NCBI GenBank assembly: GCA_016184345.1
Contig: JACPCV010000006.1
Location: 128,065 to 192,064, forward strand
Origin: Candidatus Woesearchaeota archaeon
GTDB lineage: Archaea; Nanobdellota; Nanobdellia; Woesearchaeales; UBA10216
Direction of reading: 5' to 3'
Length of the DNA: 64,000 nucleotides
Position numbers and translations under genes: made by a program. The notes below the pieces were generated by a model. That model had not been told where the DNA came from and made no database searches. It saw only the letters and a program-made list of their open reading frames with translations. Below are positions 25,723-33,000 of the stretch, in pieces (the stretch's first letter is position 1; every line of letters begins with the position of its first letter).

Positions 25723-26077
25723 TGTGCTGGCTTACGCCTTTTACAGCAATGAAAACACCAATAAATGCCAAGCTGCCATTAAGGAAGGGGGCATTACCGA
25801 TACCTTCGGGCTTATTGAGGCTTTTCGCGTAATAGAGAAGGAAACTGGAAGCAGGGAAAGGGCACAGGGCGCGATTAAGGGCCTTCTTAAGTCCAGTATT
25901 GAGGTTATTGACGTTGACGTCAACGCTGTTTTTGAGGCGCTTAAGCAGGTAGGCCTGTCCAGGCTAAGCATATTTGACTCTGTGCATTACGCATGCGCAG
26001 CCATTAGCCATTGCAGCTCAATTCTTAGCTACGATAAGGATTTTGACAGGCTTGAGATTCCAAGGGAAGAACCTTAA
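25688..26077 (+). CDS. PIN-domain toxin (VapC-like)
   Basis: FLDANVLAYAF (first acidic residue), ...IFDSVHYACAA..., ILSYDKDFDRL (C-terminal Asp). ATG at 25688 overlaps the antitoxin end. Confidence 0.75.
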   Translation: MKWLNVKFLDANVLAYAFYSNENTNKCQAAIKEGGITDTFGLIEAFRVIEKETGSRERAQGAIKGLLKSSIEVIDVDVNAVFEALKQVGLSRLSIFDSVHYACAAISHCSSILSYDKDFDRLEIPREEP

Positions 26078-26094
26078 CAGCGCCCAGCCCCGTC

Positions 26095-26240
26095 CAGAAG
26101 CCATTCAGATAGCCAAATTCGTGGCCATTTACGTTGTTGCGTGGGTTGTGGTCGTGTGGTGGGTGAGGTGGAAGGGTTCGCTGAAAGAATTACAGCAGAA
26201 ATAGGAAGAACCACTGGGCATTTCGGAATGTTTGCGAAAA
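26095..26240 (+). repeat. Island intergenic repeat R1, copy b
   Basis: See 25183-25348. Same orientation; it directly precedes the second AbrB-PIN pair. Confidence 0.8.
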
Positions 26241-26321
26241 TTTTGTAGGAAGCACAAGTCGCGTGTGCACGACTGTGCCCAGTCGCAGCGGCGAGTAATA
26301 CTTTCTTACGAGGTGGTTTTT

Positions 26322-26585
26322 ATGCCGGAAGTGACGAAAATGACTACGAAAGGCCAGGTTGTAATTCCTTCAGAAATCAGGAAAGAGCTTGGGTTGGGCG
26401 AGGGAAGCCAGATGGTAGTCAGTAAGCTGGGGGAGCTTGTCCTGCTTAAGAAGATAGAAATTCCCGACCCAAAAAAGGAGCTGGATAGGCTCACAAAGTG
26501 GGGCAGCGCTTTTGCGAAAAAAACCGGGATAAAAAGTGAGGCTGATGTAGTTGCCAGAATACACAAGTTCAGGAAAGGCGCTTAA
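26322..26585 (+). CDS. AbrB/MazE-family antitoxin
   Basis: GAGGTGG SD then ATG at 26322. MPEVTKMTTKGQVVIPSEIRKELGLGEGSQMVVSKLGELVLLKK. Confidence 0.7.
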   Translation: MPEVTKMTTKGQVVIPSEIRKELGLGEGSQMVVSKLGELVLLKKIEIPDPKKELDRLTKWGSAFAKKTGIKSEADVVARIHKFRKGA

Positions 26586-26994
26586 CGTAGTTTTTGACAC
26601 GAACATATTCGTTTCCGCCATCTTCTGGCAGAAAGGGAACCCTCACAGGCTCTTTGAATTGGCAATTGACCAAAAGATTAAGGCTTTTACTTCTGTTGAA
26701 ATCCTGGGCGAGCTTCTCCGTGTTCTCAGGAGGGATTTTCCAGGGCAGGGGCAGGAGGAAACCATCCTTGATTACCTCTCCCTCATTTTGAAACGCATAA
26801 AGATTGTTGAAGCAAAGGCCAAGCTTGACGTGGTTAAGAACGATCCTGATGACAACAAGATCCTCGAATGCGCTGTGGCTTGCGGAGCAGATTACATAGT
26901 CACAGGCGACAAGCACCTGCTTGACCTAAAGGAATATGAGCGGATAAAGATAATAACGGCGGCGACACTGGTTGGGATTATGCGGCCCAGCTAA
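26551..26994 (+). CDS. PIN-domain toxin (PIN_3/TIGR00305-like)
   Basis: VVFDTNIFVSAIFWQKGNPHRL..., DPDDNKILECAVACGADYIVTGDKHLL. TTG start overlapping the antitoxin by 35 nt. Confidence 0.75.
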   Translation: MPEYTSSGKALNVVFDTNIFVSAIFWQKGNPHRLFELAIDQKIKAFTSVEILGELLRVLRRDFPGQGQEETILDYLSLILKRIKIVEAKAKLDVVKNDPDDNKILECAVACGADYIVTGDKHLLDLKEYERIKIITAATLVGIMRPS

Positions 26995-27055
26995 GGCGAA
27001 GAGAAATTGCGGTCCGGAAGCCATAATAAAAGTACCCAAAAGAGGAGGAGTCAAG

Positions 27056-28189
27056 TTGTCTAATCAGATTTGTGAATGGAAAGAGCTTCCTAAAAACATG
27101 AATAATAAGCTACATACAATCTGTAGCTATATGGCTATGTTTCCACCTTCACTCCCCCATTATTTTATTCAGAAATACTCTAATGAAGGTGATGTGGTTT
27201 TGGACCCCTACTCGGGAAGGGGTACGACTGTTCTTGAAGCTTGCTTGATGAGTAGGATTGGAATAGGAAACGATAAGAATATTCTTGCACATCTTTTGAC
27301 CAAAGCAAAGAGTGATATTCCTGCGAAAGGCCGTATACTTTCGAGGATAAATCAATTGGAAAAAGATTTCAATCCATCACTAATCTCCCTTAACAGTATA
27401 GACCCCAACGTGAGAATGATTTTCAGTGATACTACCCTCTCGCAGATGGCATTCCTGAAAGACAAATTGAATTGGAGAAGAAGTAATGTTGACTCATTTA
27501 TTGCCGCTATGGTCCTGGGCATTATGCATGGAAATTCCGAAGGTTATCTATCCGTCAGTATGCCGAACACATTCTCAATGGCACCAAATTATGTCAGAAA
27601 GTATATTCACGAGCACAATTTGCAGAGACCTATTCGGGACACATTTGCATTGCTCCGAAGAAAGTTGGAACGCTGCTATCAAAAAAGTTCGGTCAGTGGA
27701 AAAGCTTACAGTCAGGATGCAAGGAAGATAACCAGAATAAAGAATTCCTCTGTAGACCTCATTGTTACTTCCCCACCTTACACAAGGGTCATAAGGTATG
27801 GGCAATTCAACTGGATTAGATTATGGTTCCTTGGCAAGTCAGGCAAGGAAATTGACAAGGATTTGTTTTTCTCGCAGTCAATTCCGAAATACTCGGAGTT
27901 CATGGTTCAATCACTGCAAGAGATGAAAAGGGTGTTGAAACCTGGCGGCAAGGCAGTTCTGATTATAGGTGATGTAAAAGACAGAACAAGTGAAAAAATT
28001 TTCAATCTTGCTCAAACCATTTGGGATGACTGCGCCAAATCTGTAGGTTTCAAATTAATGCAGCCCATAATTGAGGACGCAATTAGAGACGACACCAAAG
28101 TTTCAAAAATCTGGGGAGAAACAAAGGGAAATGCTACAAAAAAAGATAGGATTTTGATTTTAGAAAAAACTGATTCATCTACCTCTTAA
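27056..28189 (+). CDS. DNA amino-methyltransferase (N6-adenine or N4-cytosine), motif I upstream of motif IV
   Basis: YMAMFPPSLPHYFIQKYSNEGDVVLDPYSGRGTTVLEA (motif I region), DLIVTSPPY (motif IV), RVLKPGGKAVLIIGD. About 190 aa lie between motifs I and IV (presumed target-recognition region). TTG at 27056 behind GAGGAGG is preferred (alternative ATG at 27098). Confidence 0.8.
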   Translation: MSNQICEWKELPKNMNNKLHTICSYMAMFPPSLPHYFIQKYSNEGDVVLDPYSGRGTTVLEACLMSRIGIGNDKNILAHLLTKAKSDIPAKGRILSRINQLEKDFNPSLISLNSIDPNVRMIFSDTTLSQMAFLKDKLNWRRSNVDSFIAAMVLGIMHGNSEGYLSVSMPNTFSMAPNYVRKYIHEHNLQRPIRDTFALLRRKLERCYQKSSVSGKAYSQDARKITRIKNSSVDLIVTSPPYTRVIRYGQFNWIRLWFLGKSGKEIDKDLFFSQSIPKYSEFMVQSLQEMKRVLKPGGKAVLIIGDVKDRTSEKIFNLAQTIWDDCAKSVGFKLMQPIIEDAIRDDTKVSKIWGETKGNATKKDRILILEKTDSSTS

Positions 28190-28843
28190 CAAAATTTTTA
28201 ACTCCTTATCGAATCTTTTCTTGAGGGTATTGTGAAATTCAGAGCAAAGTTCCAAATCTTTTAAATCAAACAAAATCTTCCCTCTTTGTTGAATTACTCT
28301 CTCCATATTACTTTCTTCAAGGAACCTTTTTGCTTCTGATAAAGTTTGCTCTATATGTTTTAATCTTTCATTAACAATTTTTGGCGGGCTACCAGCGGCT
28401 ATGCTCCAAAACCATCCCGCATCTCTAAATTGAGTGGGTTTTTCTTTATTCTTAAGCCATTCTTTAAAGATTGGATGGTCTATGATTTTTATTATTGCTT
28501 CTTGCAGAGCTCTCGTAGCTTTTAGCTGTAGTTCTTCACTATGTGGTTTCAATCTTAGAGCGGTGGTAAGTCCAGCTTCACTTATTGTATATGCCCTCTC
28601 GCCAACCTTTTTAAGTAAACCTTTAGCCACGAGACCATCTTTACCATCCAGTTTAGTAAAAACGATATTTGAATCAGGAAATTTACTCTCGTAGCCTCTC
28701 AATCCGAATGCAGAATTATCATCTTCCCAAGCTTTGACTATGACTTCTTCAGCTGTGAATTTCGTAGTTACACTTCCCTCACTTAACGACAATGCAGCTA
28801 TAAGAACTCTTTCATTTAATGTAAAATTCTGACTATCGTTCAT
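28175..28843 (-). CDS. Hypothetical protein (222 aa), N-terminal wHTH-like; last gene of the four-gene operon
   Basis: ATG overlaps the upstream gene end by 11 nt. The 3' end overlaps the convergent MTase 3' end by 15 nt. ...LDGKDGLVAKGLLKKVGERAYTISEAG is wing-like. No catalytic motif seen. Confidence 0.6.
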   Translation of the reverse strand: MNDSQNFTLNERVLIAALSLSEGSVTTKFTAEEVIVKAWEDDNSAFGLRGYESKFPDSNIVFTKLDGKDGLVAKGLLKKVGERAYTISEAGLTTALRLKPHSEELQLKATRALQEAIIKIIDHPIFKEWLKNKEKPTQFRDAGWFWSIAAGSPPKIVNERLKHIEQTLSEAKRFLEESNMERVIQQRGKILFDLKDLELCSEFHNTLKKRFDKELKILLRGR

Positions 28844-31184
28844 TTTCAGTCATACCTCCTGCACTTTTTATCCAAGGTGCTAATTTATCCCACATTTTAG
28901 AAGTTAAATCTACGTAGAACCTCTCGTAATTGGCTTTGTGAGATGACCATAATTCAGGTTTCTCATTATCACCCTTCCTTATATATTCGTGGCTCATCCA
29001 TACTTGAATCATCATTTCTACAAATAACTTTGCATGAAAGAGACGCCAGGCAGTTAAATCAATTTTTCGAAGTTCATAGGCGAAATTAGCGTCTTTGCTT
29101 TGCATATTAAGCCACCAGATATTGTTTTGCACATCAATAACTTCCTGCCATAATGCGGGTTGTTCAGAGTTTCCTTGCCTAATTTCTCCAGTAATAGGGT
29201 CTTTGTCTTTGCCCGTCATCAGGAGCTGTGGGAACCCACTACCGCCACTTTCATTAATAACGCCTTTTATTACTTCGACTTCTGTTGGAATTGTATTCCA
29301 CAAACCGTCATTTATATCCACTCCAGCGTATATGTTCGTTTTGCCAATAACATTCCCAAATATGAACCCTTTTGGAGTTATTTTTACAAGTTCGGAATTA
29401 TCGGAATCATGTCTCCAATTCAAAAGAACGTCAATCGATGCTATTCCCTCGTAATCAATCACTTTCGCGGTTATCTGTTTAGATTGTCCCAAAGGAACTT
29501 GTATTATTCTTGGAATCAAATAAATTTCTTTTATGTTGACAACTTTTACTTCCAGAAGAGGGCTACTTATATTACTGCCTTCAATATATGCGTATGCTGT
29601 GCATTTTCCTTTTGATAAAGCTTCCAAATCACCTTCAGGGGTCACATTCAGAATTTTACAGTCATTACTTTTCCAATGGATGGTGGTTATTACTGGTTTA
29701 TCATTAAAATCTTTAGCAACCGCCTTCACTATTGATACGATGTTTGTTTTGAAACCCGTGGCACATTTTATCTGGTAAGTCGACAGATTTATTCTGTCAA
29801 CAATCTTCCCCCAATCAATTTGGTGCCCTTTTTTTTTCTTTTTACCACCAGCTTCATTTCCAAGAATCGATGACAAATCAATTTGACCTTCTTCAGGCAT
29901 AAATTCGTTTTTTATTTCGTTCAGGAACTTGTTATCCTTGTGAATGTCATCAAGAATATTTTCATCCTGTTCCATCATTCTTGTTTCATTTATTTTCCGC
30001 GCCAACGCTCTGATGTTTTCAGCCAAGAAGTCATCTAAAGCCATCATTAAGTCACCGTCAGTAGGTCTTAATCTTCCAGTGTTTACAAAGTCCGTAAGAG
30101 CATCCAGCTCAGCACTTGCGTAAATGAAATGCGAACCTGGAACAGTCGGAGCGACTTCTGATATATCCTTTTGCCCCACAGTTTCGAATTTCGTTTTATA
30201 GGTTACCTTCCATCTGGGTTTCAATCTTACAAAATTTGACTCCATACTATCTTTTGAAGTAAACAGGACTATCTTCCCTTGATTATATTTTCCGTTTTTT
30301 GTGGTGGAGACCCCTTTATTGTTCTCAGGATTTTTTAAGGAAGCTGGTATTTCATACTCAAATGGACCTTCAAACCCAAGATATGGGGGTATCTGCTCTA
30401 ATTGAAGAGGATTTCCATCAAATAATAATTTTCCATTGTGGATAGCATAGAATTTAATTTGTTGAACTGGCAAAGTTGCCTGTGATTTTTTGAGCACTTT
30501 TTTTATAAAAAAATTAATGTCAGGTTTTTCTTCCCAATTAAGTGGTTCAATACCTTGAACAAGCGTAAATGCTTTTCTATCATTTAACGCCTTTCTTATT
30601 TCAGAAGGTAAGTCACTTAAGCCAAAATCGTAGTCCTTTAACTGTTCAACCAACATATCTTCCCATGAGCTAATCAAGCAATCTTTAGCTTTTGTTGTAT
30701 CTGGTATGTATCCGGGAATGCCTCTTTCAAGCGTTTTTATATCGCCCACAAATCCTTTACAATTTAACTTATTATCTTTTACACCAAAAATGTAAGCAGG
30801 TCCCTTGAAAAGCCTATACATGTAAGATTTCCCACCATTTCCTTGAGTTATCTCATCAAATTTGTCCGAACCTCTTCTTGAAGCATCTGGGTCTTGCCAT
30901 ACGCCCCATCTCTCAACGTCTTCATTGGTTGCACCACCCACATCCAAAATTCCTAATCTCGCTGGGGCATTACCTTCCTTATCCTTGAATAACAGTGCCG
31001 CTACCCTATGTTCAGGTTTTACATTGGCTCTATCTTGTTGATAAGCTGCTCTCACATTTTTCATCCATTCTGGGAATCCATCTTCGTGCTGATTTAACCA
31101 TCTTGTAACAGCTGCCAAAGTTCCTTCCTCGTGAAACTTTATTTGCTTATCCCTTTCAATCTGATTCTTTTGGTTCATTTTCAC
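28833..31184 (-). CDS. Large protein (about 782 aa): N-terminal GHKL-like (Bergerat-fold) ATPase motifs, central region, two Big_2-like Ig domains, Trp-rich helical C-terminus
   Basis: FPEWMKNVRAAY (N-box-like ExxxN), LGILDVGGATNED (DxGxG-like), ITQGNGGKSYMY (GxxGxG-like). IQVPLGQSKQITAKVIDYEG...LLNWRHDSDNSELVKITPKGFIFGNVIGKTNIYAGV (Big_2-like). GTG at 31184 overlaps the upstream stop (ATGTGA); the ATG at 31178 behind GGGAGA is an alternative start. Confidence 0.6.
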   Translation of the reverse strand: MKMNQKNQIERDKQIKFHEEGTLAAVTRWLNQHEDGFPEWMKNVRAAYQQDRANVKPEHRVAALLFKDKEGNAPARLGILDVGGATNEDVERWGVWQDPDASRRGSDKFDEITQGNGGKSYMYRLFKGPAYIFGVKDNKLNCKGFVGDIKTLERGIPGYIPDTTKAKDCLISSWEDMLVEQLKDYDFGLSDLPSEIRKALNDRKAFTLVQGIEPLNWEEKPDINFFIKKVLKKSQATLPVQQIKFYAIHNGKLLFDGNPLQLEQIPPYLGFEGPFEYEIPASLKNPENNKGVSTTKNGKYNQGKIVLFTSKDSMESNFVRLKPRWKVTYKTKFETVGQKDISEVAPTVPGSHFIYASAELDALTDFVNTGRLRPTDGDLMMALDDFLAENIRALARKINETRMMEQDENILDDIHKDNKFLNEIKNEFMPEEGQIDLSSILGNEAGGKKKKKGHQIDWGKIVDRINLSTYQIKCATGFKTNIVSIVKAVAKDFNDKPVITTIHWKSNDCKILNVTPEGDLEALSKGKCTAYAYIEGSNISSPLLEVKVVNIKEIYLIPRIIQVPLGQSKQITAKVIDYEGIASIDVLLNWRHDSDNSELVKITPKGFIFGNVIGKTNIYAGVDINDGLWNTIPTEVEVIKGVINESGGSGFPQLLMTGKDKDPITGEIRQGNSEQPALWQEVIDVQNNIWWLNMQSKDANFAYELRKIDLTAWRLFHAKLFVEMMIQVWMSHEYIRKGDNEKPELWSSHKANYERFYVDLTSKMWDKLAPWIKSAGGMTENER

Positions 31185-32119
31185 ATTCTCCCAATTATGC
31201 TATAATCATTTCTTTCGTTTTTTACTAGCCCCAGCTCCCTTAGCAGAGAGATTTTTCCGGAACTAAATGTGGTTGCAAGGTTGCTGAGCTGTTTCTTAAA
31301 TTCAACAGGATCATTTGTCTTCGAGCTTACTTTTTTCACATAAGCAACAAATTTAGGATTATTCTCGAACCACTTCCACAAATCATCTTTACCATTATTG
31401 CCTTTCTTGATAAAAGAATAAACGTCAGAGAGAAGAGTATATTCCTTGAAACCCTGTCTGTCTATACTTTTGAGGTAATTCAAAAGCCAGATTTTTTCCT
31501 CAGGCGTTAATACTTGATTCTTGTCGAGGTTATCAAAAATATTATTTTTTAATCTTGCAAATTCCAAACCTTGGCTGGTTGGCCTCACCAATATCTTATC
31601 CCAATCTTCATTCCATATGTTCTTTTTTTGAGCTCCCTTTTCAAGATGAACTTCAAAAAGCCCAAGATTACGGAAACCATCAAGAAAATGAGTCACTAAC
31701 CTTCTGATTGAAAAGTTGTCGTCTAAATCCTTTGGAAACCCTTTCAATTTGGATAATTCATATCTTTTTATGATCTTTTTTGACTCACCAATTAGTTTAG
31801 TCAGAGGTACATATTCTACCTTTTGGGTATAAAGAAGATTTGCTGAGATTCGTAATAAAGCCTTTCCAGAAAAGAAATCATTAAACATACCCCACAGCCC
31901 AACAGACCTCGTCAGATCATCTAGAACAATTTGTCCGGAAGGGACTTTAATTTGAGGAGGGATAGTTAAATAGTTCAGCTCTTTAGATACTGATTGTGAA
32001 TTGATTCCGTTTGGACCAAAACCGCAAAGAGGACAACCATCAGAGTTCTTATTAAGGTCAAACTCCGAACCACATTTCCCACACTTTACGCGATTTTCTC
32101 CTGTTGCGAACAAAGGCAT
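31181..32119 (-). CDS. Zinc-ribbon protein (312 aa) with helical/wHTH-like remainder, hypothetical
   Basis: VKCGKCGSEFDLNKNSDGCPLCGF at the N-terminus. C-terminal ...GKISLLRELGLVKNERNDYSII is wHTH-like. AGGTAGGTG SD, 8 nt after the upstream stop. Confidence 0.6.
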   Translation of the reverse strand: MPLFATGENRVKCGKCGSEFDLNKNSDGCPLCGFGPNGINSQSVSKELNYLTIPPQIKVPSGQIVLDDLTRSVGLWGMFNDFFSGKALLRISANLLYTQKVEYVPLTKLIGESKKIIKRYELSKLKGFPKDLDDNFSIRRLVTHFLDGFRNLGLFEVHLEKGAQKKNIWNEDWDKILVRPTSQGLEFARLKNNIFDNLDKNQVLTPEEKIWLLNYLKSIDRQGFKEYTLLSDVYSFIKKGNNGKDDLWKWFENNPKFVAYVKKVSSKTNDPVEFKKQLSNLATTFSSGKISLLRELGLVKNERNDYSIIGRM

Positions 32120-32126
32120 AACACAC

Positions 32127-32339
32127 CTACCTGATTGAAGTTACGGTCATTCTAATTCTGCCGTCCTTTCCTTTTTTGTGGTCATAAATAGCGAGGTCAA
32201 AACTCGGGCTGCCACTTATCGCATTCAAGATAGACTGAGCTAGGCTTAGGCCTTCATCTTTACTAATAACTAAATTCACAGATTTGGCGCCCCTGTAAAC
32301 CTTAGTTAATTTCACAAATCCGTAATATTTCCGTTTCAT
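32127..32339 (-). CDS. Small protein (70 aa), hypothetical; first gene of the operon
   Basis: GAGGGGG SD 8 nt upstream of the ATG. MKRKYYGFVKLTKVYRGAKSVNLVISKDEGLSLAQSILNAI.... No motif recognised. Confidence 0.5.
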   Translation of the reverse strand: MKRKYYGFVKLTKVYRGAKSVNLVISKDEGLSLAQSILNAISGSPSFDLAIYDHKKGKDGRIRMTVTSIR

Positions 32340-32381
32340 AAGTCAAACCCCCTCTTATTTATTTATTATAAGTTGACTTAT
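32338..32381. promoter_or_regulatory. Perfect 9-bp inverted repeat ATAAGTCAA...TTGACTTAT enclosing the SD and touching the start codon of the operon's first gene
   Basis: Arms at 32338-32346 and 32373-32381 with a 26-nt AT-rich spacer containing GAGGGGG (minus sense). A TATA-like ctttaatatataaag lies at 32391-32405. Confidence 0.5.
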
Positions 32382-32471
32382 AGAGAAAAGCTTTAATATA
32401 TAAAGTTTTCGGAATCTTTCCGGAAATGCCGGGAAAAATTACGAAAAGGTTTCCAGCAAGAACTCGGATTT

Positions 32472-32648
32472 TCACATTACAGTTTCATTTATTATTTTCC
32501 GAACGTTTCCGTAAAAATTTTTCAAAGCTTTTCTCACTTCACCTTGCTTTCTTATTTGAACTTCCCTGCCTATTCGAGCCAATTCTTCCTGAAATTTTAA
32601 ATCAATCTCGTGTTTTAACATCTCACTTAAGTATTTTTTCGAATTCAT
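32472..32648 (-). CDS. Small helical protein (58 aa), hypothetical
   Basis: The internal ATG (MNSKKYLSEMLKHEIDLKFQEELARIGREVQIRKQGEVRKALKNFYGNVRKIINETVM) has a TTTATAAA box about 26 nt upstream. The longer track ORF would run into the repeat element. Confidence 0.4.
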   Translation of the reverse strand: MNSKKYLSEMLKHEIDLKFQEELARIGREVQIRKQGEVRKALKNFYGNVRKIINETVM

Positions 32649-32684
32649 GCTTAGGTCACAAGAAATTGAGATTTTATAAATCTT

Positions 32685-32846
32685 CTGCCGACTCGGCAAA
32701 GTCAAGTTAATTGTGGTAGCCGACTTTGGTCTTGCAGACTTGCTTTTCCTCTCCTACGGTTACCGTGGAGAGGAGAAAGCAACCCAAGCTCAGCTTGGGC
32801 AAAGTCGGCACAAAAACACGGAGAAGTTGACTTTACCTGCCGACTC
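32685..32846 (+). mobile_element. MITE-like unit containing structured element copy 2 (32719-32809), bounded by the 10-bp direct repeat CTGCCGACTC and imperfect inverted termini
   Basis: CTGCCGACTC at 32685-32694 and 32837-32846. Inner ends are GGCAAAGTCAAGTT... and ...AAGTTGACTTTAC (11-12 of 14 complementary). Core: GCCGACTTTG / GTCT-tgc-AGAC / TTTTCCTCTCC(T)ACGG-tta-CCGTGGAGAGGAGAAA / CCCAAGC-tca-GCTTGGG / CAAAGTCGGC. Confidence 0.5.
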
Positions 32847-32873
32847 ACCCCTCCCCCCTCCCACACCCTCCAA

Positions 32874-32911
32874 CCCGTCCCTCTCCTCTGCCGCCATGGA
32901 GCTTGCCTTTG
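32874..32911 (+). repeat. Direct repeat R2, copy a (flanks the HEPN/NTase module)
   Basis: cccgtccctctcctctgccgccatggagcttgcctttg versus 34234-34271 cccgcccctctccgctgccgccccggagcttgccttgg. 33 of 38 identical, same orientation. Confidence 0.7.
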
Positions 32912-33000
32912 AGGATGGTGAGGGCGCCTGTTCGCAAGCTGCGGTTTCACCTTCACTTTCAGCTTCAGCTTGCTTCAGCTTTAGTCATTTTGTGCCGGTC

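Noticed and set aside
25215-26204. ORFs 25215-25673 (minus) and 25974-26204 (plus) that run through the R1 repeats.
   Set aside because: They overlap better-supported VapB/VapC genes. Their unique parts are the G/T- or C/A-rich repeat tracts, so the repeat conservation is at the nucleotide level, not the codon level.
25183-26240. Interpreting R1 or the structured elements as canonical integron attC sites.
   Set aside because: I found no R''/L''-L'/R' box arrangement with a GTTRRRY core. Gene orientations in the island are mixed and no IntI-like integrase is in the window. I keep this only as a loose analogy in the findings.
27056-28189. Calling the methyltransferase circularly permuted as a novelty.
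   Set aside because: Motif I preceding motif IV with an intervening target-recognition region is simply the alpha-type order of amino-MTases. It is noted in the feature evidence only.
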